From contig DASTNK010000058.1 in NCBI GenBank assembly GCA_035720945.1, positions 1,148 to 65,147 of the forward strand: a stretch of 64,000 bases of DNA, read 5' to 3'. This document shows, in pieces, positions 9,250 through 19,479 of this stretch. The DNA comes from Burkholderiaceae bacterium. Lineage in GTDB: Bacteria; Pseudomonadota; Gammaproteobacteria; Burkholderiales; Burkholderiaceae_B. The stretch's first letter is position 1. The number at the start of each line of letters is the position of its first letter. The notes under the pieces were generated by a model. It saw only the letters and a list, made by a program, of their open reading frames with translations. It searched no databases and was not told the origin of the DNA. A program made the position numbers and the translations under genes.

Positions 9250-11136
9250 ATGCACGTACTCTACGAAGACAACGGCGGTTTCAAGGCCGGCCGCATATTT
9301 TCCGAGGGCGAATCGACCATGCAGGTCGAAGCCGAATCGGGCAAGCGCAGCAAGATCAAGAACGCAAGCGTGCTGTTCCGCTTCGACCAGCCCGCGCCGG
9401 CAGCCCTGCTCGAACAGGCCCAGGCCCTGGCCGACACGCTGGAAACCGATTTTCTTTGGGAATGCGCCCCTCAGGAAGAATTCCTGGCCGCCGACTTCGC
9501 CGAGGACTATTTCGGACATCCTCCCAGCGCCGTGGAAAAAGCGGCGCTGATCTTCGCCCTGCACAATGCCCCGGCCTATTTCCACCGGCGTGGCAAGGGC
9601 GGCTATCGACCCGCCCCGCCCGACATCCTGGCCGCCGCGCTGGCCGCCATCGACAAGAAGCGCAAGCAGGCCGAGCAACAGCAGGAATGGACAGACGCGC
9701 TCGTCGCCCATCACATGCCCGCCCCCATCGCCGAGGCCGCCACCGATCTTCTGATCCGCCCAGACAAGAATTCCATGCAATGGAAAGCGTTGGACGCTGC
9801 CGTCAAGCAACTCGCCACCACTCCTGAAAAGCTGTTGCTGGAAGCGGGGGCGTGGCCCCACCCGCTGGCGTTGCATCGTGCGCGGTTTCTGGCCGCCAAT
9901 TTCCCGCACGGCACGACGCTGCCGCCGGTGGAGGTCGGTACGCCCGGCGGCGACCTCCCCTTGTCGGACGTCATCGCCTACTCGGTCGATGACATCAGCA
10001 CCACCGAGGTCGACGATGCCATCTCGGTCACCATGCAAGGGGATGACCGCGCGCTCATCGGCATACATATCGCCGTTCCGGCGCTGGCCGTGACACGCGA
10101 CAACCCGCTGGACAGGCTCGCCCGTGAACGCATGTCCACGGTCTACGCCCCGGGTCAGAAGATCCCCATGCTGCCGGACGCATTGATCGAAGCCTTTTCG
10201 CTGGATGAAGGCAAACCCCGGCCGGCCCTATCGCTGTATGTACAGGCCGATCTGGGGAGTGGAGAAATACTTTCGAGCGAAACCCGCCTCGAACGCATAC
10301 AGGTTCGTGAGAACCTGCGCCACAACCACCTCGACGAGCTGATCACGGAAGAGGCCCTGGACGATCCTGGCGCGGATCTCCCCTACGGTGAATGGCTGCG
10401 CCCCCTGTGGCGTTTCGCGCGGCATCTCGCCACCCAGCGGGAACAAGTGCGCGGCAAACCCGAGAACAACAACCGCATCGACTACCAGTTCTACCTGGAA
10501 GGCCCGGCCGACGACCCGGACGCGCGTGTCATTCTGGCCCCGCGCCGCCGCAATGCCCCCCTGGACCGCCTGGTCGCGGAATACATGATCCTCACCAACA
10601 ACCTGTGGGGCGGCCTGCTGGCCAGGCACGGGGTGCCCGGCATCTACCGCTCGCAACAGGCTGGGCGCGTGCGCATGTCCACACAGGCTCTGCCGCACGA
10701 GGCCATCGGTGTGCCGCAGTACGCCTGGACCACGTCGCCGCTGCGCCGCTACGTCGACCTGATCAATCAGGGGCAGTTGCTGGCAACGGTCGAGCATGGC
10801 GTGTCGGCAAGACTGGTGGCCCCCTTCAAACCCAAGGATGCCGACCTGTTCGCCATCATCGGGGCGTTCGATTCGCAGTACGCCATCTGGGGTGACTACC
10901 AGACCGCCATGGAACGTTACTGGTGCATGCGCTGGCTACAGCAGCAAGGTCTGCGCCGCGTGCGCGCGACCGTCATCCGCGACGATCTGGCACGGCTCGA
11001 TTGCGCGCCACTGGTGACGCGCGTCAGCGCCCTGCCCGCGCTGGAACGGGGGCAGGCCATCACCCTTGACATTTCAGGTTACGATGAATTGAACTTGGAA
11101 ATGGATTGCCGTTATGTCGAAACGGTGTCCGATTAA
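9250..11136 (+). CDS. RNB-domain exoribonuclease (RNase II family)
   Basis: 628 aa from MHVLYEDNGG. RNB catalytic region with DDISTTEVDDAISV and the later TSPLRRYVDLINQ motif. Confidence 0.8.
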   Translation: MHVLYEDNGGFKAGRIFSEGESTMQVEAESGKRSKIKNASVLFRFDQPAPAALLEQAQALADTLETDFLWECAPQEEFLAADFAEDYFGHPPSAVEKAALIFALHNAPAYFHRRGKGGYRPAPPDILAAALAAIDKKRKQAEQQQEWTDALVAHHMPAPIAEAATDLLIRPDKNSMQWKALDAAVKQLATTPEKLLLEAGAWPHPLALHRARFLAANFPHGTTLPPVEVGTPGGDLPLSDVIAYSVDDISTTEVDDAISVTMQGDDRALIGIHIAVPALAVTRDNPLDRLARERMSTVYAPGQKIPMLPDALIEAFSLDEGKPRPALSLYVQADLGSGEILSSETRLERIQVRENLRHNHLDELITEEALDDPGADLPYGEWLRPLWRFARHLATQREQVRGKPENNNRIDYQFYLEGPADDPDARVILAPRRRNAPLDRLVAEYMILTNNLWGGLLARHGVPGIYRSQQAGRVRMSTQALPHEAIGVPQYAWTTSPLRRYVDLINQGQLLATVEHGVSARLVAPFKPKDADLFAIIGAFDSQYAIWGDYQTAMERYWCMRWLQQQGLRRVRATVIRDDLARLDCAPLVTRVSALPALERGQAITLDISGYDELNLEMDCRYVETVSD

Positions 11137-11249
11137 AGCCCAGGATCTGTTCACACCAACCTGCGATTCCCGCATTGAACCCGCCGGACCCCCCGCCCTC
11201 TCCCGCGGCGCCCCTCAACCCTGCCCGCCCCCGGCGGCCCAGAGGTTAC

Positions 11250-12080
11250 ATGCGTGTCGCACTGCCGATTTCCCTCGCGCTGCACGCGGCGCTGCTGGCC
11301 GTGCGTTTTTCGTCTCCGCCACCGCCCGCGCCAGAGGCCAGCACGCTGGAGGTGGTGCTGGTCAATGCGCGCACCAAGGCCGCTCCGATCAAACCCAGAC
11401 TGCTGGCCCAGAACACCCTCAACGGAGGCGGGCCGGCCACTTCGGGCTACAGCGCCTCGCCACTGCCGCGCACCACCGAAGACCAGACCGCGAACCAAGT
11501 CGTGCTTGCCGCGCTCCGACAACGCCAGGCACGGCTGGAGAAGGAACAAAAGCAGTTGTTCACGCTGTTGGTGGACAGGCAAAAGACACTACTGGCCCAG
11601 ATTGAACGCGATGTCCCGGATGATTCCACCGACGCGGGCGAAGACGAACGCACCCAGGAAGCGCTGGTGGTGAACGCGCAGATCAGCGCCTTGAAGGCAG
11701 CCATCCAGCGCTATGACGCGCGCCCTCGCCAGCGCTTCGTGGCACCATCGACTCAGGCGGTTCCCTATGCCAAATACGTGGAGGCGTGGCGCAAGAAGAT
11801 CGAGCTGCTGGGTACGGAACACTATCCGGAACAAGCCCGCGGCAAGGTCTATGGCAAACTGCGCATGACCGTGTACATCAAGAAGAACGGCGAACTGCTG
11901 CGTGTGGAGATCGACCAGCCATCCAGCCACCCCATCCTGAACTCAGCCGCCAAGCGCATCGTGCAACTGGCCGCGCCCTTCGCCCCGTTCCCACCCGCCC
12001 TCGCGAAGAACACCGATGTGCTGGCCATCACCCGCACCTGGCATTTCGTGAACAGCGAACTCACCACCAGCCCACAATGA
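11250..12080 (+). CDS. TonB-family C-terminal-domain protein
   Basis: N-terminal TM (ALPISLALHAALLAV), Pro-rich SSPPPPAP, and C-terminal YPEQARGKVYGKLRMTVYIKKNGELLRVEIDQPSSHPILNSAA (TonB_C-like). Confidence 0.65.
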   Translation: MRVALPISLALHAALLAVRFSSPPPPAPEASTLEVVLVNARTKAAPIKPRLLAQNTLNGGGPATSGYSASPLPRTTEDQTANQVVLAALRQRQARLEKEQKQLFTLLVDRQKTLLAQIERDVPDDSTDAGEDERTQEALVVNAQISALKAAIQRYDARPRQRFVAPSTQAVPYAKYVEAWRKKIELLGTEHYPEQARGKVYGKLRMTVYIKKNGELLRVEIDQPSSHPILNSAAKRIVQLAAPFAPFPPALAKNTDVLAITRTWHFVNSELTTSPQ

Positions 12081-12937
12081 CCGAACCCACCCCGCCCCGC
12101 CGCTGCGCCGTCATAGGCAACCCCATCGCCCACAGCCGATCACCGTTCATCCACCTGCGATTCGCCGAACAAACGGGGCTGGATCTGCGCTATGACAGGA
12201 TCCTCGCCGAGGCCGATGATTTCGAGGCGGTGGCCACGGATTTCTTCCATGGCGGCGGCATCGGCCTGAACGTGACCGTGCCGTTCAAGGAAAAGGCGTT
12301 CACGCTGACCCACCGTCGGCTTGATGACAGTGCGAGAGTGGCACAGGCTGTCAACACCCTGTATGTGCGCGAGGGCGTGTTGCATGGCGCCAATACCGAC
12401 GGAACCGGCCTGCTGGCCGATCTGGAACGCCTGGGTTGTACGCTATCGGGCAAGCGCGTGCTTCTGGTGGGAGCCGGCGGCGCCGCCCGGGGTGTCGCGG
12501 CCCCTCTGCTGGCGTCGGGATGCGCGCTCCTGCATGTCGTCAACCGCCACGCGGAGCGGGCGCACATTCTGCGCCAGCATATCCATGAAATATCTCCGGC
12601 CACTGCGGGGCGGCTCTCGAGTGGCGGCCTGCGGGACGCCGACGGGGACTGGGACCTCATCATCAACGCGACCTCCGGGAGCCTGCAAGGGCAGGCTCCC
12701 GACATTCCGGCCGCGCGCTATGCGGCGGGCGCGCTGGCGTACGACCTGGTCTACAGCGCCCGTCCCACACCATTCATGATCCAGGCGTCGCGTCTTGGCG
12801 CGGATCAGGTGTCCGACGGGCTCGGCATGCTGGTGTCACAGGCGGCGGCGAGCTTCGCCATATGGCATGGCCGCTATCCCGACGCCCTTCCTGTGCTCGC
12901 CGCGCTGCGGCAAGCGCTCGACGCCGAGACCCGATGA
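12077..12937 (+). CDS. aroE: Shikimate 5-dehydrogenase
   Basis: VIGNPIAHSRSPFIH, NVTVPFKE, and the NADP site [12 protein letters not shown] overlap with the upstream stop. Confidence 0.9.
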   Translation: MTEPTPPRRCAVIGNPIAHSRSPFIHLRFAEQTGLDLRYDRILAEADDFEAVATDFFHGGGIGLNVTVPFKEKAFTLTHRRLDDSARVAQAVNTLYVREGVLHGANTDGTGLLADLERLGCTLSGKRVLLVGAGGAARGVAAPLLASGCALLHVVNRHAERAHILRQHIHEISPATAGRLSSGGLRDADGDWDLIINATSGSLQGQAPDIPAARYAAGALAYDLVYSARPTPFMIQASRLGADQVSDGLGMLVSQAAASFAIWHGRYPDALPVLAALRQALDAETR

Positions 12938-13671
12938 ACGCGCGACGCAAGCGTCGATCATCCCGTCACGGCCTCGTCCGCGCAGTCGTGCTGATAGGCA
13001 TATCGGCCGTTCTGCTGTACCTGCTCGGCCTGTTCCTCATGGTTGTCTGGTACAACTTCCGCAACCCGGATACCAGTGCCTTCATGCGCGAGACGCTGAT
13101 CGAACTGCGCGCCACGAATCCCCATGCCACGCTGGTTCATGAATGGGTGCCCTATGCGGGGATCAGCATCAACCTGAAACGGGCGGTGATCGCTTCCGAG
13201 GATTCCACCTTCGTCGAGAACGATGGCGTCAACTGGGACGCCATACGCGAGGCATGGCTCTATAACCAGCGCCAGAAGCGACGTGGCAGCGACAAGCGGC
13301 GCGGCGGCTCGACCATCACGCAGCAACTGGCGAAGAACCTGTTCCTCTCCAGCTCGCGGACCTATCTGCGCAAGGGGCAGGAACTCATTCTGGCCTATAT
13401 GATCAACGCCATCATGAGCAAGCGGCGCATCCTCGAGCTGTACCTGAATCTGGCGCAATGGGGCGACAACCTGTTCGGCGCCCAAGCCGCGGCGCGGCGC
13501 TATTACCATATCGATGCGTCGCGGCTCAGCCAGCGCCAGGCCGCCCAACTGGCCGTCATGCTGCCCGACCCCGATTACTTCGGCGATCACCGCAGTTCAT
13601 CCTATCTACAGAGACGCACGAACGTCATCGAGCAACGCATGCGTCTGGTGGACATTCCCGGTGTGCACTAA
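12934..13671 (+). CDS. mtgA: Monofunctional biosynthetic peptidoglycan transglycosylase
   Basis: N-terminal TM, then the GT51 motifs ASEDSTFVENDGVNW and RGGSTITQQLAKNLFL. ATGA overlap with the aroE stop. Confidence 0.9.
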   Translation: MNARRKRRSSRHGLVRAVVLIGISAVLLYLLGLFLMVVWYNFRNPDTSAFMRETLIELRATNPHATLVHEWVPYAGISINLKRAVIASEDSTFVENDGVNWDAIREAWLYNQRQKRRGSDKRRGGSTITQQLAKNLFLSSSRTYLRKGQELILAYMINAIMSKRRILELYLNLAQWGDNLFGAQAAARRYYHIDASRLSQRQAAQLAVMLPDPDYFGDHRSSSYLQRRTNVIEQRMRLVDIPGVH

Positions 13672-13763
13672 AATCGGCTGGATGCCACGCGACGCCCGGA
13701 CGTACCGCGTATGCGCACCGCGTTCTCCCGCCACACCAGCCCACCCTGAAGCCCACCCCGACA

Positions 13764-14939
13764 ATGCGCACCGCCCGCCGCTACCTTGCCCTGGAAATCT
13801 ACCGCACCTGCGCCGTGGTGCTACTGGCATTGGTGGGCCTGTTCACGTTCTTCGCGCTCATCGACGACCTCAACAACGTCAGCGCCACGTTCTCGCTGCT
13901 CAATCTGTTCTACCTGCAGGCATTGGCCATTCCAACCCGCCTTTACGATCTGCTGCCAATCGGCCTGCTGATCGGTGCCATTCTGGCGTTGGCCGGGCTG
14001 GCGCAACGCAACGAACTGGTTATTCTGCGAGTGTCCGGGGTCAGCGGCCTGAAGCTGTTGACCATGCTCTGGGCGATCACGATTCCGCTGGTCCTTGGCG
14101 CTCTTTTCTTGTCTGAAATCGTCACGCCGGCCGCGGAGATCAAATCCAGCGAAGCCAGCCTGATGATGCTGGGCCGCTCCAATGGCGGCCGCCTTGACAG
14201 CGGTTACTGGTTCAAGGAGTCCAGTCCTGAAACCGGCGGTACCCGCATCATCAACATCAAGAAGCTCAAGGCCAACGGCGGCGTGGCCGGTGTCGTGGTC
14301 TACGAATTCAATGAGCGGCACCAACTGGTGCGATACTCACAGGCCACCGACGGGCGCTTTGGAGATGGCAAACTCATACTCGACCATGTCACCGAGAACA
14401 AAATAGACGGCAACGCCATCTCCGCGCTCGCCAACGCGAAGCAACCCACGACACCCGTCACCACGGTGGATACCATCGCCGAGCGAACATTGGCCACGAC
14501 GCTCACTCCTGATCGCCTCATCGCCCGCATCCTCACGCCCGAGCGCATGTCCATCATCGATCTGCTCGACTACATCAACTACCTCAAGGCCAACCATCTG
14601 CAGACCGATCGCCAGGTGGTCGCGCTCTGGCGCAAGGTGGCCTATCCCTTCACGCTACTGGTGATGATGACCATCGCGGCCCCCATCGGCTTCATGCAAA
14701 CGCGTCGAGGCGGTGTGGGCAGCAAGGTGTTCATCGGCATCATCCTGGGCGTTTTGTTCTTCATGCTCAACCAACTCGCCCTGAACGTGGGTATGCTCAG
14801 CAAATGGCCGCCATGGATCACGGCCATTGTCCCCAACGTGGTGGTGCTCCTGCTGGCGCTTGGCGCACTGCTGCTCATGGAGAACCAGCATCACGTGCGC
14901 GCGTTCCGGCAGCGGAACCAGGCGCAACCGGCCGCATGA
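13764..14939 (+). CDS. lptG: LPS export ABC transporter permease LptG (YjgP/YjgQ family)
   Basis: [36 protein letters not shown] is a typical LptG N-terminus, followed by a periplasmic beta-jellyroll region and C-terminal TMs. No lptF is adjacent. Confidence 0.8.
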   Translation: MRTARRYLALEIYRTCAVVLLALVGLFTFFALIDDLNNVSATFSLLNLFYLQALAIPTRLYDLLPIGLLIGAILALAGLAQRNELVILRVSGVSGLKLLTMLWAITIPLVLGALFLSEIVTPAAEIKSSEASLMMLGRSNGGRLDSGYWFKESSPETGGTRIINIKKLKANGGVAGVVVYEFNERHQLVRYSQATDGRFGDGKLILDHVTENKIDGNAISALANAKQPTTPVTTVDTIAERTLATTLTPDRLIARILTPERMSIIDLLDYINYLKANHLQTDRQVVALWRKVAYPFTLLVMMTIAAPIGFMQTRRGGVGSKVFIGIILGVLFFMLNQLALNVGMLSKWPPWITAIVPNVVVLLLALGALLLMENQHHVRAFRQRNQAQPAA

Positions 14940-15832
14940 ACATGGCGCGTTCCGAATCGAGCGTGGCGCCGCGCCACTCCGATCACTCACCGGATGCGGG
15001 CACGCACCCCCCCACGCCGATCTGGATCATCGGCGACCTTCAGGGCTGCTGCGCCGCGCTGAGCGAACTGTTAGAGCATCCAGACATTGCCACGGACCCG
15101 CGGGCTCGGTTCTGGTTTGCCGGTGACCTGGTCAACCGGGGGCCGGACTCACTCGGCACCTTGCGTTCGGTGATGGCGCTGGGTGAGCGCGCCACGGCCG
15201 TCCTGGGCAACCACGACCTGCATCTCTTGGCCGCGGCGGCGGGCATCCGATCACCCGGCCGCTCGGATACGCTGGACGACATCCTCAACGCCCCCGACGC
15301 CGGCGACCTGATCGACTGGTTGCGCCACCGGCCCCTGGCGCACTACGAGCACCACCATCTGCTGGTCCACGCCGGTGTGCTGGCGGGATGGAGCGTCACC
15401 AAGACACTAGAGCTGGCGCGCGAAGTCGAAATGTCCCTGCGCAGCGCCGACTGGCGCAAGCACTTGGCGCATATGTATGGCAATAAACCGGTGCGCTGGA
15501 AGGATTCGTTCAGTGGCCACAAGCGACAGCGCGCGATCATCAACGCCCTGACCCGCATGCGCATGTGCCACCCCAACGGCGACATGGAATTCAAGCACAA
15601 GCGAGGACCCGAGCCCGGGCAGGAACTCATGCCATGGTACGACGTGCCCGGGCGCGTGGCCCACGACGTCACGGTGGTGTTCGGTCACTGGTCGGCGCTG
15701 GGCCTGCTGGTGCGCCCCGATGTCATCTGCCTGGACACCGGCTGCGTCTGGGGTGGCAAACTGACCGCCATGCGCATGCACGACCACCATCTGGTGCAGG
15801 TGGCCTGCGCGCAATTCCGCAAGCCGGGGTAA
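14936..15832 (+). CDS. apaH: Bis(5'-nucleosyl)-tetraphosphatase, symmetrical
   Basis: Metallophosphatase motifs [20 protein letters not shown] and GHW. The start overlaps the lptG stop (ATGA); ATG 14942 is an alternative start. Confidence 0.85.
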   Translation: MNMARSESSVAPRHSDHSPDAGTHPPTPIWIIGDLQGCCAALSELLEHPDIATDPRARFWFAGDLVNRGPDSLGTLRSVMALGERATAVLGNHDLHLLAAAAGIRSPGRSDTLDDILNAPDAGDLIDWLRHRPLAHYEHHHLLVHAGVLAGWSVTKTLELAREVEMSLRSADWRKHLAHMYGNKPVRWKDSFSGHKRQRAIINALTRMRMCHPNGDMEFKHKRGPEPGQELMPWYDVPGRVAHDVTVVFGHWSALGLLVRPDVICLDTGCVWGGKLTAMRMHDHHLVQVACAQFRKPG

Positions 15833-15836
15833 CGGA

Positions 15837-16655
15837 TCAAAAAGTGTCTGCAATCACGGCGCGACGCACGACCTTATGCGCCCTGGCGGCCACGCCCGCG
15901 CGGCCAAGGCCGCGACAATCAGACTCCGCGATGACCGGGAGAAATTCGGCGTCGACCCGTGCGCCCGTGGTGCTCAACAACAGCCAGACGTTGTGCGCCA
16001 GCGTCTGGTCTCCCACGAACGAGAGGTGGTCGCTGCGCCGCCCTTTGTGTATGAAGCGCAGCGCGACGGGCTGCACGTCGGCCCCAGCCTGGATCGCGGG
16101 TTCGAACAGGCTGGCGTGAAACGGCGCCACATCGAAACCAGATGATGACGTCCCCTCAGGAAACAGACCCACCGCATCGCCCTGGCCAAAACGCCGCCCC
16201 ATCTGCTCGGCCACCGCGCGAATCGCATTGCGACGCCCCCGGTCGAGGAACACCGTGCCGGCGCCAGCCACCAGCCAGCCAATGACAGGCCAGCGGCGCA
16301 CTTCGCTTTTCGAAACGAACGACACGCAACGCACACTGTTCAAAACGAAAATGTCCACCCATGACACGTGGTTCGCCACCCAGAGAACGGGCCGGTCGAG
16401 CACGGGCTGGCCGGCGATGCGAACGGCGACGCCACACAGGGCCATCAGGGCCGCCGACCACCAGCGCGTGACGGCGCGGCGCACGCGGGGCACCAAGGGA
16501 AAGAGGATGGACACGCACAGCAGCCCAAATAGAATCCACACCAGGACCACGCACAGGCGCGCCACGAAACGCAACACGTTCACGCGTGCCACCCCGTCTG
16601 GAGAACTTTCTTGACCAACTGCCGCGCATGCAAGCGGCTGAACGGTGCGGCCCAT
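15837..16655 (-). CDS. Lysophospholipid (1-acyl-sn-glycerol-3-phosphate) acyltransferase family protein
   Basis: HX4D motif NHVSWVD and FPEGTSS, with an N-terminal TM. Start placed at MGRTVQ (ATG 16655) just after the ruvX stop. The longer track ORF would overlap ruvX. Confidence 0.8.
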   Translation of the reverse strand: MGRTVQPLACAAVGQESSPDGVARVNVLRFVARLCVVLVWILFGLLCVSILFPLVPRVRRAVTRWWSAALMALCGVAVRIAGQPVLDRPVLWVANHVSWVDIFVLNSVRCVSFVSKSEVRRWPVIGWLVAGAGTVFLDRGRRNAIRAVAEQMGRRFGQGDAVGLFPEGTSSSGFDVAPFHASLFEPAIQAGADVQPVALRFIHKGRRSDHLSFVGDQTLAHNVWLLLSTTGARVDAEFLPVIAESDCRGLGRAGVAARAHKVVRRAVIADTF

Positions 16656-16656
16656 G

Positions 16657-17067
16657 TCAACACGACGATGCCTCCAGCGCGTCGAAATAGCGCTGCAGGA
16701 TGATCGCCGCCGCCATGGCGTCATCTTCGGGCCCCGAGGAACCGAGCATCCGTTGCGCCTCCATGCTGGTGTTGCGTTCATCGACCAAATCGACATCGAG
16801 TCCGAAACGGCCATGCAGTTGATTGGCGAAGCGCCGGCAACGAAGGCTGGCATATTGTTCGCCGCCATCGAGGGTCAGCGGCAGGCCGACCACCGCGCGA
16901 TCTGGCTCCCACTCCCGCACGAGCCGCGCAATGGCCTGGAACCGTTGCTCCCGTGTCGTGGCGACCAGGGTTTCCAAAGGGCGCGCCTGCCGCGTCAGGG
17001 TGTTGCCGATGGCAACCCCGATTTTCCTCAGCCCGTAATCGAACGCAAGCAGGGTCTCTTCAGTCAT
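16657..17067 (-). CDS. ruvX: YqgF/RuvX putative pre-16S rRNA nuclease (Holliday-junction-resolvase-like)
   Basis: 136 aa. LAFDYGLRKIGVAIGN N-terminus and VDERNTS motif. Confidence 0.9.
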   Translation of the reverse strand: MTEETLLAFDYGLRKIGVAIGNTLTRQARPLETLVATTREQRFQAIARLVREWEPDRAVVGLPLTLDGGEQYASLRCRRFANQLHGRFGLDVDLVDERNTSMEAQRMLGSSGPEDDAMAAAIILQRYFDALEASSC

Positions 17068-17653
17068 GCCCCGCGTCGCCCGTCAGCATGGTGGCATCAA
17101 TGCCCAACAGGCCGAGCGCCGCATCGTAGCGTTCGGCGGGTGGCGTCTCGAACAGGATCTCCATCGACGCACGCGTATTCAGCCAGGCGTTCTGCGAGAT
17201 TTCGCTTTCAAGTTGGCCGGCGCCCCAACCCGCATACCCCAGCGTGACCAGCACGTGGCCAGGACCGTGCCCCTGCGCGATTTCCTGTAGCACATCGCGG
17301 GACGTCGTCAGGGCGACATCGCCCAGTTCGATACTGGAACTGTAGTTGCCCTTGGGCGTGTGCAGCACGAACCCGCGATCCGTCTGGACCGGGCCGCCGA
17401 AAAACACCGGGTCGTCGCGAATCGGCCCGATTTCGAGCGAGAGGTCGAGTTCGATGCGCTCGAGCAGATTACCCAAGGTGAGATCGGTGGGCCGGTTGAT
17501 CACCAGGCCCAGCGCCCCTTGTTCCGTGTGCTCGCACATATAGATGACGGAGTTGGCAAGGCTGCCGCCCACTTTGCCCGGCATCGCCACCAGAAACTGC
17601 CGGGACAGGTCGACGCTGCTTCCGTTACCGGAGCGTGGGGTGGATGGTTCCAT
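17060..17653 (-). CDS. yqgE: YqgE/AlgH-family protein (UPF0301)
   Basis: FLVAMPGKVGGSLANSVIYMCEHTEQGALGLVINRP is the family signature. Start at ATG 17653. 8-nt overlap with ruvX. Confidence 0.85.
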   Translation of the reverse strand: MEPSTPRSGNGSSVDLSRQFLVAMPGKVGGSLANSVIYMCEHTEQGALGLVINRPTDLTLGNLLERIELDLSLEIGPIRDDPVFFGGPVQTDRGFVLHTPKGNYSSSIELGDVALTTSRDVLQEIAQGHGPGHVLVTLGYAGWGAGQLESEISQNAWLNTRASMEILFETPPAERYDAALGLLGIDATMLTGDAGHD

Positions 17654-17697
17654 GGCTCGCCCTCCTATCGATAGGCCGGTACACCTATCATACGCAA

Positions 17698-17877
17698 TTA
17701 CACCTCGATCAGCTCGAAATCTTCTTTGCGCGCGCCGCACTCAGGGCACACCCAATTGGGCGGCACATCTTCCCAGCGGGTTCCCGGCGCGATCCCCTCT
17801 TCGGGCAAGCCAGCGGCCTCGTCGTAAATCCAGCCACAAATCAAACACATCCACGTACGCATACTATTGTTACTCAT
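17698..17877 (-). CDS. Rubredoxin (59 aa; absent from the supplied ORF track)
   Basis: My own translation of the minus strand gives MSNNSMRTWMCLICGWIYDEAAGLPEEGIAPGTRWEDVPPNWVCPECGARKEDFELIEV, stop TAA. It has two CxxCG knuckles (CLICG, CPECG) and the conserved Y-D-E and W-E-D-V-P-x-W residues. An internal start at MRTWMC is also possible. Confidence 0.85.
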   Translation of the reverse strand: MSNNSMRTWMCLICGWIYDEAAGLPEEGIAPGTRWEDVPPNWVCPECGARKEDFELIEV

Positions 17878-17925
17878 AAAAAATTCGAAACCCGATCATC
17901 ACGGACATTGAGCGGTTCCATTAGA

Positions 17926-18741
17926 ATGGGGCCAATCATGCCCATTTCATCCCCTCCGCTAGCACTCATTTTCGGCCCATTCGATCCCAGCGGGTCAAGT
18001 AATTTACCCGCCGACGCGGTTACTTGCGCGTTGCTCGGGGGCCACGCCCTGGGTGTGCTGACCGGCATCCACGTACAGGACACCGCCGGCATCGAGGCCA
18101 TACAGCCCGTCGCCCCCGACCTCATCGACGACCAGGCGCGCTGCCTGCTCGAGGACATGGCGGTGGGCGCCATGAAAGCCGGCCCGCTGTACACAGTCGA
18201 ATCGGTCAGCGCCGTGGCGCAGATCGTGGCCGACTACAACCCTGTTCCTCTGGTGCTGCACCTGGGGGCGCTCCCCGATGAAGAAACGCTGGCCGACGGC
18301 CTGGACGCGGAGGAACTGGTCGGGGCGGTATGCGAACTTCTGCTTCCCCAGGCCGACCTCGTCATAGCGGATCATAACCTGATTACCCTCTGGGCCGAAC
18401 ACGGTTTCCTGAATTCGCGCGACTCGGGCTCCGCCGCGGAGATCCTGCTCGAATACCAGGCGAAATGGGCGTTGATCACCGGCGCCCCATTGCGCCCCGG
18501 CCATCGGTGCTATCAACTGGTGGGGGCGGACAACCAGACCCATCACTGGCCGTGGGCGCCGCCGCCCGAACGGGTCACCGGCGCCGATGGCCCGCTGGGC
18601 TGCGCCGTCGCGCTCGAACTGGCCCGCGGCCAGGAAGTCCCCCTGGCCGTCGAAACCGCCATCCGCCAGACGGCGGCCATGGCCGAACAGTCTTTCCAGC
18701 CCGGAATGGGGCATCGCCTCATCAACAGGTCACATCCATGA
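17926..18741 (+). CDS. ThiD-like (ribokinase-fold) hydroxymethylpyrimidine/phosphomethylpyrimidine kinase homolog, divergent motifs
   Basis: Collinear with E. coli ThiD (LIFGPFDPSGSS.. versus LTIAGTDPSGGAG..) and translationally coupled to thiE (ATGA). However, the GGAG and GTGC signature positions read GSSN and GADG. Confidence 0.6.
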   Translation: MGPIMPISSPPLALIFGPFDPSGSSNLPADAVTCALLGGHALGVLTGIHVQDTAGIEAIQPVAPDLIDDQARCLLEDMAVGAMKAGPLYTVESVSAVAQIVADYNPVPLVLHLGALPDEETLADGLDAEELVGAVCELLLPQADLVIADHNLITLWAEHGFLNSRDSGSAAEILLEYQAKWALITGAPLRPGHRCYQLVGADNQTHHWPWAPPPERVTGADGPLGCAVALELARGQEVPLAVETAIRQTAAMAEQSFQPGMGHRLINRSHP

Positions 18742-19391
18742 CACCCGCCCTGAAGTTCCCACGCGGCCTCTACGGCATCACCCCGGAATGGGACGACGCC
18801 AAGCGCCTGATGCGCGCCATCGAAGCGGCCGCCACGGGCGGTATGACGGCCCTGCAGTGGCGCCGCAAGACCATCGATCAGGCCGACGCCCTGCCCCAGG
18901 CACGCGCCGTGGCGGCGTTGTGCCGTGAACTGGGTGTGTGTTTCATCGTCAACGATGACTGGCGTTTCGCCGCCGCCATCGATGCCGATGGCGTGCACAT
19001 CGGACGCGAGGACGGTCCTCTGTCGGACGCCCGGATCGCTCTGGGGCCGGACAAGATACTGGGCTGCTCCTGCTATAACGAACCCGCGCTTGCCGAGCAG
19101 GCACTGCGGGCCGGTGCGGACTATGTCGCGTTCGGCGCGATGTATCCCTCCATGGTCAAACCGGGAGCGGTGCGCGCCACCCTGGACCATATCCACGCCG
19201 GCCGCGAACTGGCCACACAACTGGCCGACGCCGGCGCCAGGGCAGCCGTCATCGCCATCGGCGGCATCACACCCGCCAACGCGGCGCCCATCGTGGCCGC
19301 CGGCGCCGACAGCATCGCCGTGATCAGCGGCCTCTTCGAGGCGCCCGATATCCGGGCCGCTGCGCAAGCCTGCAGCGCGTTGTTCATGTAA
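18738..19391 (+). CDS. thiE: Thiamine-phosphate synthase
   Basis: LYGITPE..., VNDDWRFAAAIDADGVHIGRED, IAIGGITPANA: a typical ThiE TIM-barrel pattern. Confidence 0.85.
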   Translation: MTPALKFPRGLYGITPEWDDAKRLMRAIEAAATGGMTALQWRRKTIDQADALPQARAVAALCRELGVCFIVNDDWRFAAAIDADGVHIGREDGPLSDARIALGPDKILGCSCYNEPALAEQALRAGADYVAFGAMYPSMVKPGAVRATLDHIHAGRELATQLADAGARAAVIAIGGITPANAAPIVAAGADSIAVISGLFEAPDIRAAAQACSALFM

Positions 19392-19479
19392 TCCCGCTTC
19401 TCATCCCATCCGGCTCGGGCGAAATCCTTGAAGCACGCACGACCGGAACCGTAAACCCCACCATTCCCGAGCCAGAATC

